From positions 9,176,001 through 9,240,000 of the forward strand of contig OX597814.1 of the NCBI GenBank assembly GCA_951406725.2: DNA of 64,000 nt. Reading direction: 5' to 3'. Source of the stretch: Octopus vulgaris. Taxonomy: Eukaryota. Numbering within the stretch: position 1 is the first letter of the stretch; every line of letters starts with the position of its first letter. A program made the translations under genes and the position numbers. Shown piece after piece: positions 28,401-41,454 of this stretch. The notes under the pieces were generated by a model. That model was not told the DNA's origin, ran no database searches, and worked only from the letters and a program-made list of their open reading frames with translations.

Positions 28401-31400
28401 CACTGACTTAGCCAACCTAAGCAGTCAACACCGCCAGCAACAGAAGCAACAACATCACCACCACCACCACCAACAACAACAGCTACAGAAGTACTGAACC
28501 CTGAAAAGGAAAAAAAAGACCAACCCTTCATCCCAACAGCCACCAACCATCTCTAACAACAGCATCAACACCAACACACTCTCAAATCGACCCCAATACC
28601 ATTTCCCTCCTATTTTCTGTTTCCTTTGACATGTCGTCTGATGAAGGTGACACAGAAGAACGACAAATAGCCACAGGGGGGGGAAGGGGTGAAAAAAAAA
28701 GAACTACACAATCAAACAAGGGAGGGAGATCAAAAACTCCCGACAACAAAACTCCCACACATAACAACATCAGCACCAACACAAACACCAACAAAGCTAA
28801 CCGCCATCAACACAAACAATTTGGATCTGATGCAATACATTAGGTCAAACACCGACATAACACCAAGACAATGTTAAAACTAACAACCACCCATGCACAA
28901 CACATAAATATCCTGCACATGATGCAAAATGCACAATACACTGAAATATCTCTAACCCAATGCAGAAGAGAGATTTCAAAAATATCTCCCGGAAAAACTA
29001 TATAAAAACCTCCTGACAGAAACGTCTAAGGAGGAAAGCAACCAACTTTCAAACAGTAAGTGACTCTCTCTCTCTCTCCCTCCTTTTTCTTTTTCTCCCT
29101 GAGTGTAAAACACAAGTTTCGTTAATGTCATGTTCAAAATAGGTAGTGCAAATGTGCATAGCTTGGTATCCCTTTGGAAACAAGGTTACCTGTTAAATGA
29201 GATCAAATCACAAAATGTAGATATCATAGCTATTGGCGAGACCAGACTCCACAACCCATGGGCCCTCGACCCCATGTTTGCCAGACAATTTGACGTTTAT
29301 TTTTCTCTGTGTCTGCCAAGAATTGGCAGCGGTGGTACTACGGTGCCTTTTCAAAAGAGTCTGAATCTGAAAGTAAGGGCAATATTCCCTGACCCAGAGA
29401 GTAGGCTGGTTGTCTTGGATGCCCATAGCAGTTATGGGTGTGCTTTTCGACTGGTGGCAGTATACACACCGTCCTTATCAGGTTGGCCAGATTTCTTTCA
29501 ATGTCTACAGGTTTTCGTGAGTATGTCTCAAGTTTTACCTTTAGTGGTAGACTGGAACACTATCTTGAACACGTGTCAAAGACCTTCTCAGATGTTTCCA
29601 ACAGTCTGACAGGTTACGACTGGACTACCCAAATGTGCCAATGTGAACATCGACCAACCGCATTGGGTCGTCCAGATCATATTTAGATAGACTATTCTAT
29701 AGGACAGTGAATAAGGATAGTGTAGGTTGTCCACAATTTCAAATATTCAGTTACACAGAACACAAATTTGTGACCCATACACTCGACTTAGATAAGAATC
29801 ATAGGTAGAACCCTGGACACTGGAAACTGAATGCATCACTTCTGGTATGACAGGCTTACAGAGACCAGATTAGCATGTTAGTTAGGATGGCATTGATGGG
29901 AGCGATCGTAGTTTGCCCTAAAGAAGGCAATTAGAGCAGAGTCAATTAGGTATAGCAAAACCTTAGCAATAGATCAAAACAGAGCAAAGGGAGACAGTTA
30001 AGAAATTAGAAGAGGCATTTAGAAGCCTGACCAACGTGCTAGTAGGGAGGTTGGCCCTCAACTAACACTTCAATGTCAAACACAAAGGGTGCGTTGGCAG
30101 GGCTAGGATGTGTGCTCTAAGAAACGAAGGTGTTGGAGCTGTGCGAGAGGCCCAGGTGGCAGAGGGCAACAGGGCAACAAATCCACCATTCGGTCTCTGA
30201 TGGATGAACATGGACACAAATTACTCGAGCCCAGTAAAATGTGTGACGCCTTTCAGCAGTACTTTACCCGACTGTTTGGGACACATTGACCTGGTTGGCA
30301 AGACACTAAGGGAGTATGAATCAGTAACAGGAGATAAAATTAACCGGGATAAGTCAGTGGGTTTGTGTCTCAGCACCTGGAGAAGCAAACCCATGCCACC
30401 CAGCAGTGTCTTCATCATGGGACGCTTGACTGATGAACCAGTTAAATTGCTTGGTGTTTGGTTTGGTCCAGAACTCCAAATGGAGAACTGGGATGAGATA
30501 ATGAGAAGAGTGGTCAATCTCACTCAGCTATGGGCTGAGATGAAGCTATCTCTAAAAGGTCGGGCTGAGGAGGAAAGAAGTGGCAAATACGTATATTGCC
30601 TCAGTCATCGATTATCGCCTGACCGTCTAACCGTGTCCCGATGCCACCATCATGAAACTAGAACACATACTCTTTTGATTTCTGTGGAAGGGTAGCATTC
30701 CGATGGTGAGGCAATATATTTGCTGTCAACATCCGTTAAATGGGGGACTGGGGATGCCATAGCTGATGATGCCCAAATGGTTCTCAACACTAACTCTCCA
30801 CACAGATGAGTTAGTGATGATAACAACATATCTCCACCAAAGAGTGACAAAAGTCACAATAAAATAATGTGCCTCCAGAAATAGATACACAATAGCAAAT
30901 ATCTGCCATCTGTTTTGAAATGGAGGAGAGCATCATACTGGAAATTGCTGTAATGAGGAAAAACCTAAGGAGGAGACACAAAAACTTTCAAATGGTAAGT
31001 AACTCACTTTTCTTTTCGTTTGTGTTTTAAAACACACACACACACACACACTTCATTAGGATTATGATCAAGATTGGTTGTGTAAATGCTTGAGGTTCCC
31101 TTGGAAACAAGGGTACCTATTAAATGACATAAAGTCATATGATTTAGATATCATAGCCACAAGTGAGACCAGACTCCATAATCCACGGGCCTTAAAGTCC
31201 ATATTTAGCGGACAGTTAAACATTTATTTTTCTCCCTCTCTACCTAGAATGGGCAGTAGTGGCATGGTGATACTTTTGCACAAGAGTCTGGATCTCGAAA
31301 TAAATACAATATTTGTAGAGCTGGAGGGTAGACTGGTTGTCCTGGATGTTGGCAGCATCAGTGGGTGTGCTTTTCAACTCATATCAGTCTATGCAGCGCC

Positions 31401-34400
31401 TTTAACAGGTCAGCTGGATTTCTTTTGACGTCAAGAAGTATTTCTAGGAACATCTCATCCTTTACTTTTAGTGCAGGATTAGAATGCTACCTTGGACATG
31501 CATCTAGACTATGTAGGGACTAATAGGAATAGATGGGGATGCAAAAGCCTGAGTGACCTGTTCAGACACTTCCGACTATTGGACAGGTACTGACTCGATC
31601 ACCTGAATGCACCAATGTGAACATGGAGCAACCGCATTGAGTCGTCCAGATTGTATCTAGATAGAATACTGTGTAGGACAGTCGATAGAGATAGTGTAGG
31701 GTGTCCACAACTCCACATAGTCAGCTACACAGATCACAAACTTGTGACGTGCACACTAGACTCAGATAAGGCACATAGGCAGGGTCCTGGTTACTGGAAA
31801 CTGAATGTGTCTTTCCTGTCAAAACAGGTTTATAGAGACTGGATTAGCAATGCTAATGAAGAGGGCTTTGATGGGAGCCATCATCAACAACAAATGATGG
31901 TTTGTCCTCAAGAGATCAATAAAAGCCAAATCAATTAGGTATAGCAAAGCGCTAGTGATAGATAGAAACAAAATAGAGGGTGACCTAGTTAAGAAACTAG
32001 AAGAGGTGATTAGAAGTGATTAGCTCTGGCATATTGCCAAACACGAAGGATGCAGACTAGGATGCATGCTCTAAGAAACAAAGGTGTTGGAGCCACGTGA
32101 GAGGCCCAGATCATGGAGGCGCAACAGGCTAACAAAGCCATCATTTGATCTCTGATGGATGAACAAGGGCATGAATTATTCGAGCCTAGTAAAATGTGTG
32201 AGGCCTTTCAGCAGCACCTTGCTCGTCTGTTTGAGACAAGTGGTGAGCTAGAACACAGAGAGAACTTCAGTTCCTACCTGTACAGCTTGCCAGGGCCCTC
32301 AGCAAGAGAGGCAGAGTGTTGTGAGGGTGCCATCACAGCGGTAGATGTGTGGGATATGATGGCAGAGTGCTCGAGGGACAAATTGCTGGGTTTGGATGGT
32401 CTGCCCTATGAGCTTTATAGTTGTATGCCAGACTTGTTTGGAGGCATATTGGGAACATCCCCAGTTTTGTGAGCCAAGCAGCCATAACACTGCTAAAGAA
32501 AGACCCAAACAAAGGGGACATAATAGATAACTTTAGGCCCATCACTCTGCTTAATGCAGATTTGAAAATTTTGGCCAAGGTGCTAACCAAGAGGTTGGTA
32601 CTTGTCATCGAGAAACTGGTTGACAAGACGCAAACATGCACCATGCCGGACCAGAGCACCCATGACAACCTTCACTTCATGCGCTACATCATAGACAGGG
32701 TAGTTAAAGAACCTGGTATGGGTGGGGCACTGATCAATTTAGATCACTCCAAAGCTTTCAATAGGGTAGACCATCGATACTTGGAGGCTGTCCTCATAGT
32801 GGCTGGTTTCGGTCCCATCTTCTGCGAATGGATCACTGCCTTATACAAAGGCATCCATTCAGTAATTTGCACGAATGGGCATCTATCAAGACCATTCAAC
32901 ATTGCATGTTCAGTCCATCAGAGATGCCTTCTCTCTTCGCTTCTGTACGTATTGACCCCCGAGCCACTACTGCAGAAACTGGTGACACTGAGGGGCATCC
33001 CAAGAGAATTGGGATGCAGGATGAGCATGTAGGCATACACGAATGATGTCACCATCATAGTGTTTAGCCATGACCACATCGAGCTGGTTGGCGAGACACT
33101 GAAAGACTACAAATGGTAACAGGAGCGAAGATTAACCGGGAAAATTCAGTGGGCTTGCAGCTTGGCACCTGATGAAGCAAGCCCATGCTGTCATGGGATG
33201 CTGTACTGACAGTCCAGTCAAATTGCTCAGGGTCTGGTTTGGTCCAGACCTCCAAACAGAGAACTGGGACGAGATAACAAGTAAGGTGGTCACTCTCACC
33301 TAGCAATGGGCCGAAAGGAAGCTGTCCCTAGAAGGTTGGGTGGAGGTGGCGAACACGTACATCGCGTCCGTCATCTACTACCGCCTGACCATCGTGCCTT
33401 GTCCCGACCCTACCATCACCAAACTAGAACGAATCGTTAATGATGCACAGTCTTGTGCTGAGACTGCGACATCTCCAGCTCTATGTAGATGATAGTGAAT
33501 AGGTGTGGTCACCATTTGTGAGGCGCACTTTCCCACACCTCATCTCCATGACCGAACTGCAACCATGGATAAAGAAGAGACTGGGGAAGGGCAAATGGCA
33601 CCGTGAGTGTTGTGTTGCTCCCAAGCAACTCTGTAGGTCTGTCTATCTATCTATCTTTCTTTATCTATCTATCTAATACTGTTTCTATCTCAAGCTCTCT
33701 CCAATACACAACTAAACTTGACACTTACAGGCACTGTCCAACTTGGATTCCTTGATTGACTCATTTAAGTAATACAGTTCAATTCTTTTTTCTTTTACTT
33801 GTTTCAGTCATTAGACTACAGCCTTGCTGGAGCAATACCTTGAAGAATTTTTACATGAACTAATTGATCTTTTAAGACAGGTGCTTGTTTTAACATGTCA
33901 TTTGCCAGACAGCTAAGTTATGGGGACTTAAACAAACCAACATGGGTTCTTGAGTGGTGTATTCTGGGACTGACACAGCCACAAAGACACACACACACAC
34001 ACTTGTGTATATGTATGATGATGATTATCATGATCATGATGATCATCATTGTTTAAACGTCCACTTTCCCTGCTGGCATGGTTTGACTGAGGGCTGGAGA
34101 GCCAGAAGGCTGCACCAGGCTCCAATCTGACCTGGCAATGTTTCTACAGCTGGATGTGCTTCCTAACACCAACCACTCTGAGAGTGATATGTGGATGCAT
34201 TTTACGTGTCACAGGCACAGAAGCTGGTCAAGCGGTCCTGGCATCCATCACGTTCAGATAGTGCTTTTTATGTGCTACTGGCACAGGAGCCAGTCAGAAG
34301 GTACTGGTATCAGTCACATTGGGGTGATGCATTTTATGTGCCACTGGAATGGAAACCAGTGAGGGGCACTGGCCACAGCTGTGATTTTTGGTTTTACCTA

Positions 34401-37400
34401 ACTCAACAGACCTCAAGCAACACTGGCATCGGCCATGGATACGATTTCACTTTAGTTGCCAGGTCTTCTAAATAGCACAACATATCTCCAAAGGTCACTT
34501 GCCATTGTCTCAGTGAGGCCCAGTGTTCAAAGTTCATGCTTCACCACCTCATCTCATGTCTTCCATAGCTTCCGTCTACAATTAGGGAGTGGCACTTCTT
34601 CACACAGCTGTCCTCATCCATACTTAACCCATGACCATACCAGCGCAGTCATCTCTCTTGCTCACCACATTTGATGCTTCTTCTGCACAACTTTTCTCTC
34701 AGGGCGCTTACACTCTGTCGTGTATGCACACTGACATTACACATCCATTGGATGATACTAGCTTCATTTCTTTCAAGCTTACGCATGTCCTCAGCAGTCA
34801 TGGCCCATGTTTTACTGCTGTGTAACATGGCAGTTTGCACACATGCATCATACCTTTCATCCTGAGCGAGGGGCCTTTAGTTGCCAGGAGGGGTAGGATC
34901 TCCCTGAACTTTGCCCAGGCTATTCTTATTCTAGTGGTAACACTCTCTGAGCATCCACCCCCACTACTACCTTGGCCACCTAGGTAGCAGAAGCTAACAA
35001 CTACTTCTAGTTTTTCCCCTTGTCATGTGATAGAATATGTTTTCTGTATATCTTCAGTGCTTATTGCCCCTGTGCATTGGCCACATACAAAAACTATTTT
35101 CCTGGTTAACCTTCCTTTGATATTGCTAAACCTTTTATGTGTCCATAGCTTACACTGGGTGCATTGTAAGGAGCTTATACCCATGCCTTTTCTACCGCTC
35201 GGTTCACAAATGGCCTGAACTCTTTACATGAATGCCACCCTGTACATAACTCCATGTCCCCCTACATGGCCTTGCTTTTTGCTTTTTGAGCCAAAAAACT
35301 AACCAACTAACTAACTACAGATCGAGCAGGATCATCTACCTGAAGGGGTTTGTGATTTGTCATCATTCCTATTTACTAAGACTTTTGTTTTTGCTAGGTT
35401 AAACCTAAGCCCCTTCGATTCTAGACCTTGCTTTCACACCTTAAATTTCGTCTCTAGTTCTGACAGTGACTCAGCTATTAGAGCAAGGTCATCAGCATAG
35501 AGGAGCTCCCAAGGGTAGCCTGTCTTGAATTTCTCTGTTATTGCCTGGAGGACTATAATGAACAAGAGCGGCTGATGACTGATCCCTGGTGAACCACTTC
35601 TTCTAACCAGAATTCTTCACTATACTCGTTGCCAACCCCCGCCTTACTAACAGCATCCCTGTGCAGGGTTTGTACAGCTCTTACCAACCACTTGTCTATC
35701 CCCAGTTTCCACATTGACCACCAGAGAAGGGATCAGGGGACCCTGTCAAAGGCTTTTTTCATGTCAATGAAAGCCAAGTATAGAAGTTTATCTTTGGATA
35801 GATATTTCTCCTGCAGCTGTCTTACCAGAAATATAGCATCAGTGGTGCTTCTGCCTGGCACAAAACCAAACTGCATCTCATCTAGGCTAACTCTCTCCCT
35901 AATTAGTTGGACTTTGACCCTCTCTGTAACTTTCATCACCTGATCCAATAATTTGATACCTCTGTAGTTATTTCTATCTAAAGCATCACCTTTCCCCCTT
36001 GTGACAGTTTGAATATGGTGCTGCTACACCAGTCATTGGGTATGACTCCTTCATGAACTACATGATGGTGGGTGACAAGACCCTAACCCACACCACCCGA
36101 TATTTTAAGCATCTCTGCAGTGATTGCTGATGGGCTGTCTTCATATCCTTAATTGCTTTATCTACAGGGTCCCTCAATTGGGTCGATCTTTGGAAGATTC
36201 TCCTCCTCCCAATTCATTCTCTGCATTCAGCAGTCTTTCATAATGCCATATCCAAGCCTCTTCCTTTGCAGAATCATTAAACACAAGGGCTCCATCATCC
36301 ATGCAAACACATTTCTCTCCTATAGCATCACAGTTTTCTCTCACACACTGTGGAAACTAGGGATAGATGAATGGTTAGTGAAAGTTGTGCAAGCCATGTA
36401 CAAGGATGCTGTCAGTAAGGTGAGGGTTGACAATGAGTAGAGTGAAGAATTCCAGATAGGGGTAGGGATCCACCAAGGATCAGTGCTCAGCCCCCTCTTA
36501 TTCACCATAGTCCCCAGGCAATAACAGAGGAATTCAGGAGAGGATATCCCAGGGGAGCTCCTCTATGTTGATGACTTGCTCTAATTGCTGATTCACTATC
36601 AGAACTAGAGTAGAAATTTCAGGTGTGGAAGCAAAGATTAGAATCGAAGGGCCTTAGAGTTAATCTAGCTAAAACCAAAGTCCTAGTAAGAAGGAAGTCA
36701 GACAAATTGCAAATTCCTTCAGGTAGATAGCCCTACTCGATCGGTAGAAAAGGTGTAGGTAGAAACTCCGTAAGATGTACTCAGTGTAAGCTATGGATGC
36801 ATAAGAGGTGCAGCAATATCAAAGGAATGCTAACTGGGAAGATAGTTTTTGTATGTGGCAGATGCTCAGGAGCAATAAACACAGAAAATGTGCAGAGAAC
36901 AGCTTCTGTCACATTCCTAGGGAGAAAAACTAGAAGTAGTTGATAGCTTCTCTTACCTAGGTGACCAAGTCAGTAGCAGGGGTTGATATTCTAAGAGTGT
37001 AGCTGCTAGAATAAGAATAGCCTGGGCAAAGTTCAGAGAGCACTTACCTCTGCTGGTGACCAAAGGCCTCTCGCTCAGAGTAAAAAGTAGACTGTATGAC
37101 ATATGTGTGCAATAAGCCATGCTACATGGCAGTGAAACATGGGCCATGACTGCTGAGGACATGCGTAATCTTGCAAGGAATGAAGCCAGTATGCTCTGCT
37201 GGATGTGCAATGTCAGTGTGCATACACAACAGAGTGTAAGCGCCCCGAGAGAAAAGTTGGACTTAAGAAGCATCAGATGTGATGTGCAAGGGAGATGACA
37301 GCACTGGTATGGCCATGTGTTGTGTATGGATGAGGACAGCTGTACAGCTGTGTGAAAAAGTGTCACACCCTAGCAGTAGAGAGAAACTGGCAGTAGAGGG

Positions 37401-39850
37401 AAGACCTGGGATGAAGTGATGAAGCACGACCTTCGAACATTGGGTTATACCGAGGCAATGATAAGTGACCGAGACCTTTGGAGATATGCTGTGCTTGAGA
37501 AGACTCAGCAAGCCAAGTGAGACTGTAACCATGACATATGCCAGTGTAGCTTAACCAGCCCGTTTAAGAGTACCCTTCAATCATTGGCCAATAAACTGCA
37601 CTTGCAAACACCTGTTGAGACAAGTGAAGTCATTGTCATGGCCAATAACAGTACTTCCTGATTGGCTCCTCTGCCAGTGGTACATTAAAAGCACTGTTCA
37701 AGCGTGATCTTTGCCAGTGCCACCTGACTGGTTCCTCTGCCAGTGGCATGTAAAAAGTATCATTTGAGCATGGTCGATGCCAGTGCCAGCTGACTGGTCC
37801 TGTCCTGATGGCATGTGAAAAAAACCAGTCGAGTGTGATCATTGCCTGTACCACCTGACTGGCCCTTGTGCTGGTGGCATTTGAAAATCACCCACTACAC
37901 TCTCAGAGTGTTTGGCGTTAGGAAGGGCATCCAGCTCTAGTAAGTTTGCCAGATTGGAATGAAGCCTGGTGCAGCCTTCTGGCTTGCCAGCCCTCAATCA
38001 AACCGTCCAACCCATGCCAGTATGGAAAGCGGATGTTAAATGATGATGATGTTGAACATAAAACAACAAACAACAAATACATCAACCAACCTTTGCTATT
38101 TCTGTGTCTTGAGGACAAACCACAAAGTTTACAACTTTGATCCGGCTTGAATTTTGATTTGAGTAGTTTTTCACTGCTTCATACATTGTTCTGGGTAGTT
38201 TTCCAATGGGGTATTTCATTTCAGCCCCTAATATAGGAAATGCCAGGCTTTTTGCACCCATTCTCTCAGCCTTTTCCAGACAAGTGGTTATTATTTGAGT
38301 CAAGTTTGCCAGAATCTAAAAAAAATAAGTGTTTAGCAATTGATAATGAATATTTTATTAAATTATTTTCTTATTACAGGAAGAAACCATTAAGTTGTAA
38401 TAAATATATCCTCCTCTCACTCCTACCACTTCTAAACACAACTGTCATTCCTATCACTCTTTAGTCCTGCAAGAGACAAGGCAACCTCACTCATGATGCT
38501 GCTACAATAAATCAGACCCAATCCACCGTATAAAATGGTTGGTGAATGAAGAGAGAGAATGCAGACCCAAGAGGAGTCTTTAGTGTTGTTGAGGACATGA
38601 CAACCTGTCTAGTGCTCGTGCCATGACAGAGAAAAACTCACCAATACAGAGAGTAAAACAGAGAAATATGTTTTAATATAGTCTTATTTATCAGTCACAT
38701 AACTGTTGTTAGGCCATGAGGCTTTTTCCCTTCTATTTATATATAAAAGTGTCCTGTTCATCGATATCTTCTGCTTCCTTCCAATGATAACTTGGAAGAA
38801 CAAATATTAAACAGGATGCTGACATTTGTTTTATGATTCTCACACAACATGCATAAGGTTCTCTTCAAACATTAACTCTTTCAATAAATCAATATCATAT
38901 GATTGATACTTACTGAATCGGGGGAATTTTCATCCCAGGGAGGTAATACCAGATGAAATACATTCTTACAGTTGAGGTTATATCCTTTAGTGACGGCTAT
39001 TTTAGATGTAGAAATACCTTGAGGATATTTCTGGTTACATTCGTTTTGTATCTCTGGACCAGCAGCAAAGAGAATAAATTTGGAGATAGAACCATTGTTA
39101 AGCTCAAGGTTTTTATTGGTGCTGTTAACGATGACATCAAACTGAAAAAGTAATTTATGGTAAACAGCTAAGGAACATTCCATGGAGAGAAGAGAAATAC
39201 ATTGTTGCAGTTGATATTGTTGTTAAGAAAGGCTGTACAGAATGGCTGTAGTAAGTTTGAGGTTGTTAAAGTTAGCAAAAGATATACTCAAGATATCAGA
39301 TGTGAAGGAAATAAAATGTTTGAGTTAGAATGAGAAAATGTTTTAATTAACTTTAATGATTCCTCATTTGGAAATGAAATAACAATTAAATATAAATATG
39401 TTAAGTGAATCTATTTACTCACATATGCATTAGTAATTGAATCATTTATTGGTTTTATATTGATGCGACCATATTCTCCAGATGCCACATTAGTTCTTGG
39501 TGTCATGGAGGATGGTTCCTGTTGTGAGCCAGGAAGGGATGCGTTTGACGATGCGGTGTCTGGAAATAAACAAAATTCTTTATGTGCTTTGAGTTATTTC
39601 TAATTTTCAATCAAACGTTCTTCTCTGTATTTAAAGAACCACTTTATTCCATATAGACAGTAATATCGGTTGGAAATTTTGGCACAGGGCCATCAATTTC
39701 AAGAGGCACCAAAAGTTGATTTTATTGACTCCAGTTTTCAACTGGTTCTCATTTTATAGACCCTGAAAAGGTGCAACTCAGACTGATGAAATGCAGCTAA
39801 ACATTTCACCCAATTTGCTGATGATTGTACCTTACAATAATAATAATAAT

Positions 39851-39888
<38 letters not shown>

Positions 39889-41415
39889 TTTAGAATGGAA
39901 TTTGGATTCAAGAGTATGAAGTAATCTACCTAAAAAGATGCAAGGCACAGTCCCTGACAGAAACAGAATTACTGAATTTAGACTCAATTGAGCAAATTGA
40001 AATGGAAGAACACAAATACCTTTGTGTACTGGAAGTCAACGAGATAATGGAAAAGGAAACGAAAGAGCAACTGAGGATGGAGTATTTCCGAAGACTGAAG
40101 TTGGTGTTGTGCTTGAAATTGACTGGATGGAATAAAGTCTAGTCCAAGCAGTCAATACGTGGGTGATAGCATCACTTCAGTATGGAGTGGGAATTATAAA
40201 ATGAAAAATAAAGAAAAAAAGAAGAGAGAAGTGAAGAAAATGGATACCAAGACCAGAAAAATGTTGACAGAAGATGGAACCTTCCACCCTATGAGTGACA
40301 CGGATAAGCTGTACTTGTCCAGAAGAAAGAGTTGGGGAGGTTTGATCAGTTGCCTGGATGATATCGAAGGAGAGAGAAACAGCTTAGGGTGGTATATAAA
40401 AAATTCTGTGGAGCCAGTGTTGAAGGCTGGCATCATCAAAACTGAGAATTGAGGTAACTAAAGAAAAATTTAAATAAGAAATGAACAAATAAAAAGGCAA
40501 AAAACATGGAAGGAAAAAAATGTGTGGTGAGTTTGCAAGAGATGTGAATGCCAAGACAAATGCAAAAGACCAGAGTCTGTGGATGAGGTGGAGTGACCTG
40601 AAGATAGAGATAAAAGCACTCATATGTGCAGCTCAGGAACAAGCATTAAGGACCAATTATATAAAATGCAGAATTGACAACACTACCTATAGCGACAAAT
40701 GCAGAATGTGTGGTGAGAGGGGTGAAACAGTATGGCACATCATTAGTGAATGCCTGAAATTGGCACAACACGAATACAAATGCCATCATGATAATGTAGA
40801 ATGAATGATCCATTGGAAGCTCTGTGGAAATCATGGCCGACAAAGAGCAGAGACATGATATGAGCAAACCCCAGAAGAAGTCACCAAAAATGAAAACTGC
40901 AAAATCCTGTGGGATGTAATGATCCAGTGCAATCACCTAACCAGACATAGGAAACCAGACATTGTTGTGGTGAATAAAAAAGAAAGAACATGTGTGAGTA
41001 TCAACATAGCATGCCCCGGTGACAAGCGGATCAATGGGAAAGAAGAGAAAATAGGCAACTATGATGATTTAAAGGAATATAAAGGCTGTGCTTAGTGAAG
41101 AGAGTACATGTAAGACCAATAGTAATTGGTGCACTTGGAATTATCAGCATTCATCTACCAACATGGCTGAAAAAGATCAGTACAAGTGTGAAGGTAGAAC
41201 ACCTACAAAAATCAACATTGCTTGGATGTGCAAGAATTCTTCACAGGTTCTTGAAGCATGACCAGTAAACAAGTGTCACCTTAGTCTGCTAGCTGTGGAC
41301 AGCTGACACTTTCCATTATACCCTGCAAAATAAGCTGTGAGTTTTCATATAATAATAATGATAATAATAATAATAACAATAATAAAAATAATGATAATAA
41401 TAATAAAAATAAAAA

Positions 41416-41454
<39 letters not shown>

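Larger units (their letters stand above)
14797..29614. repeat. Segmental duplication copy 1 (~14.8 kb), near-identical to 33795..48620
   Basis: Same SINE/RTE/exon/Dong/Penelope/Tx1 order at offset ~19.0 kb; ORF track is duplicated almost verbatim. Confidence 0.97.
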
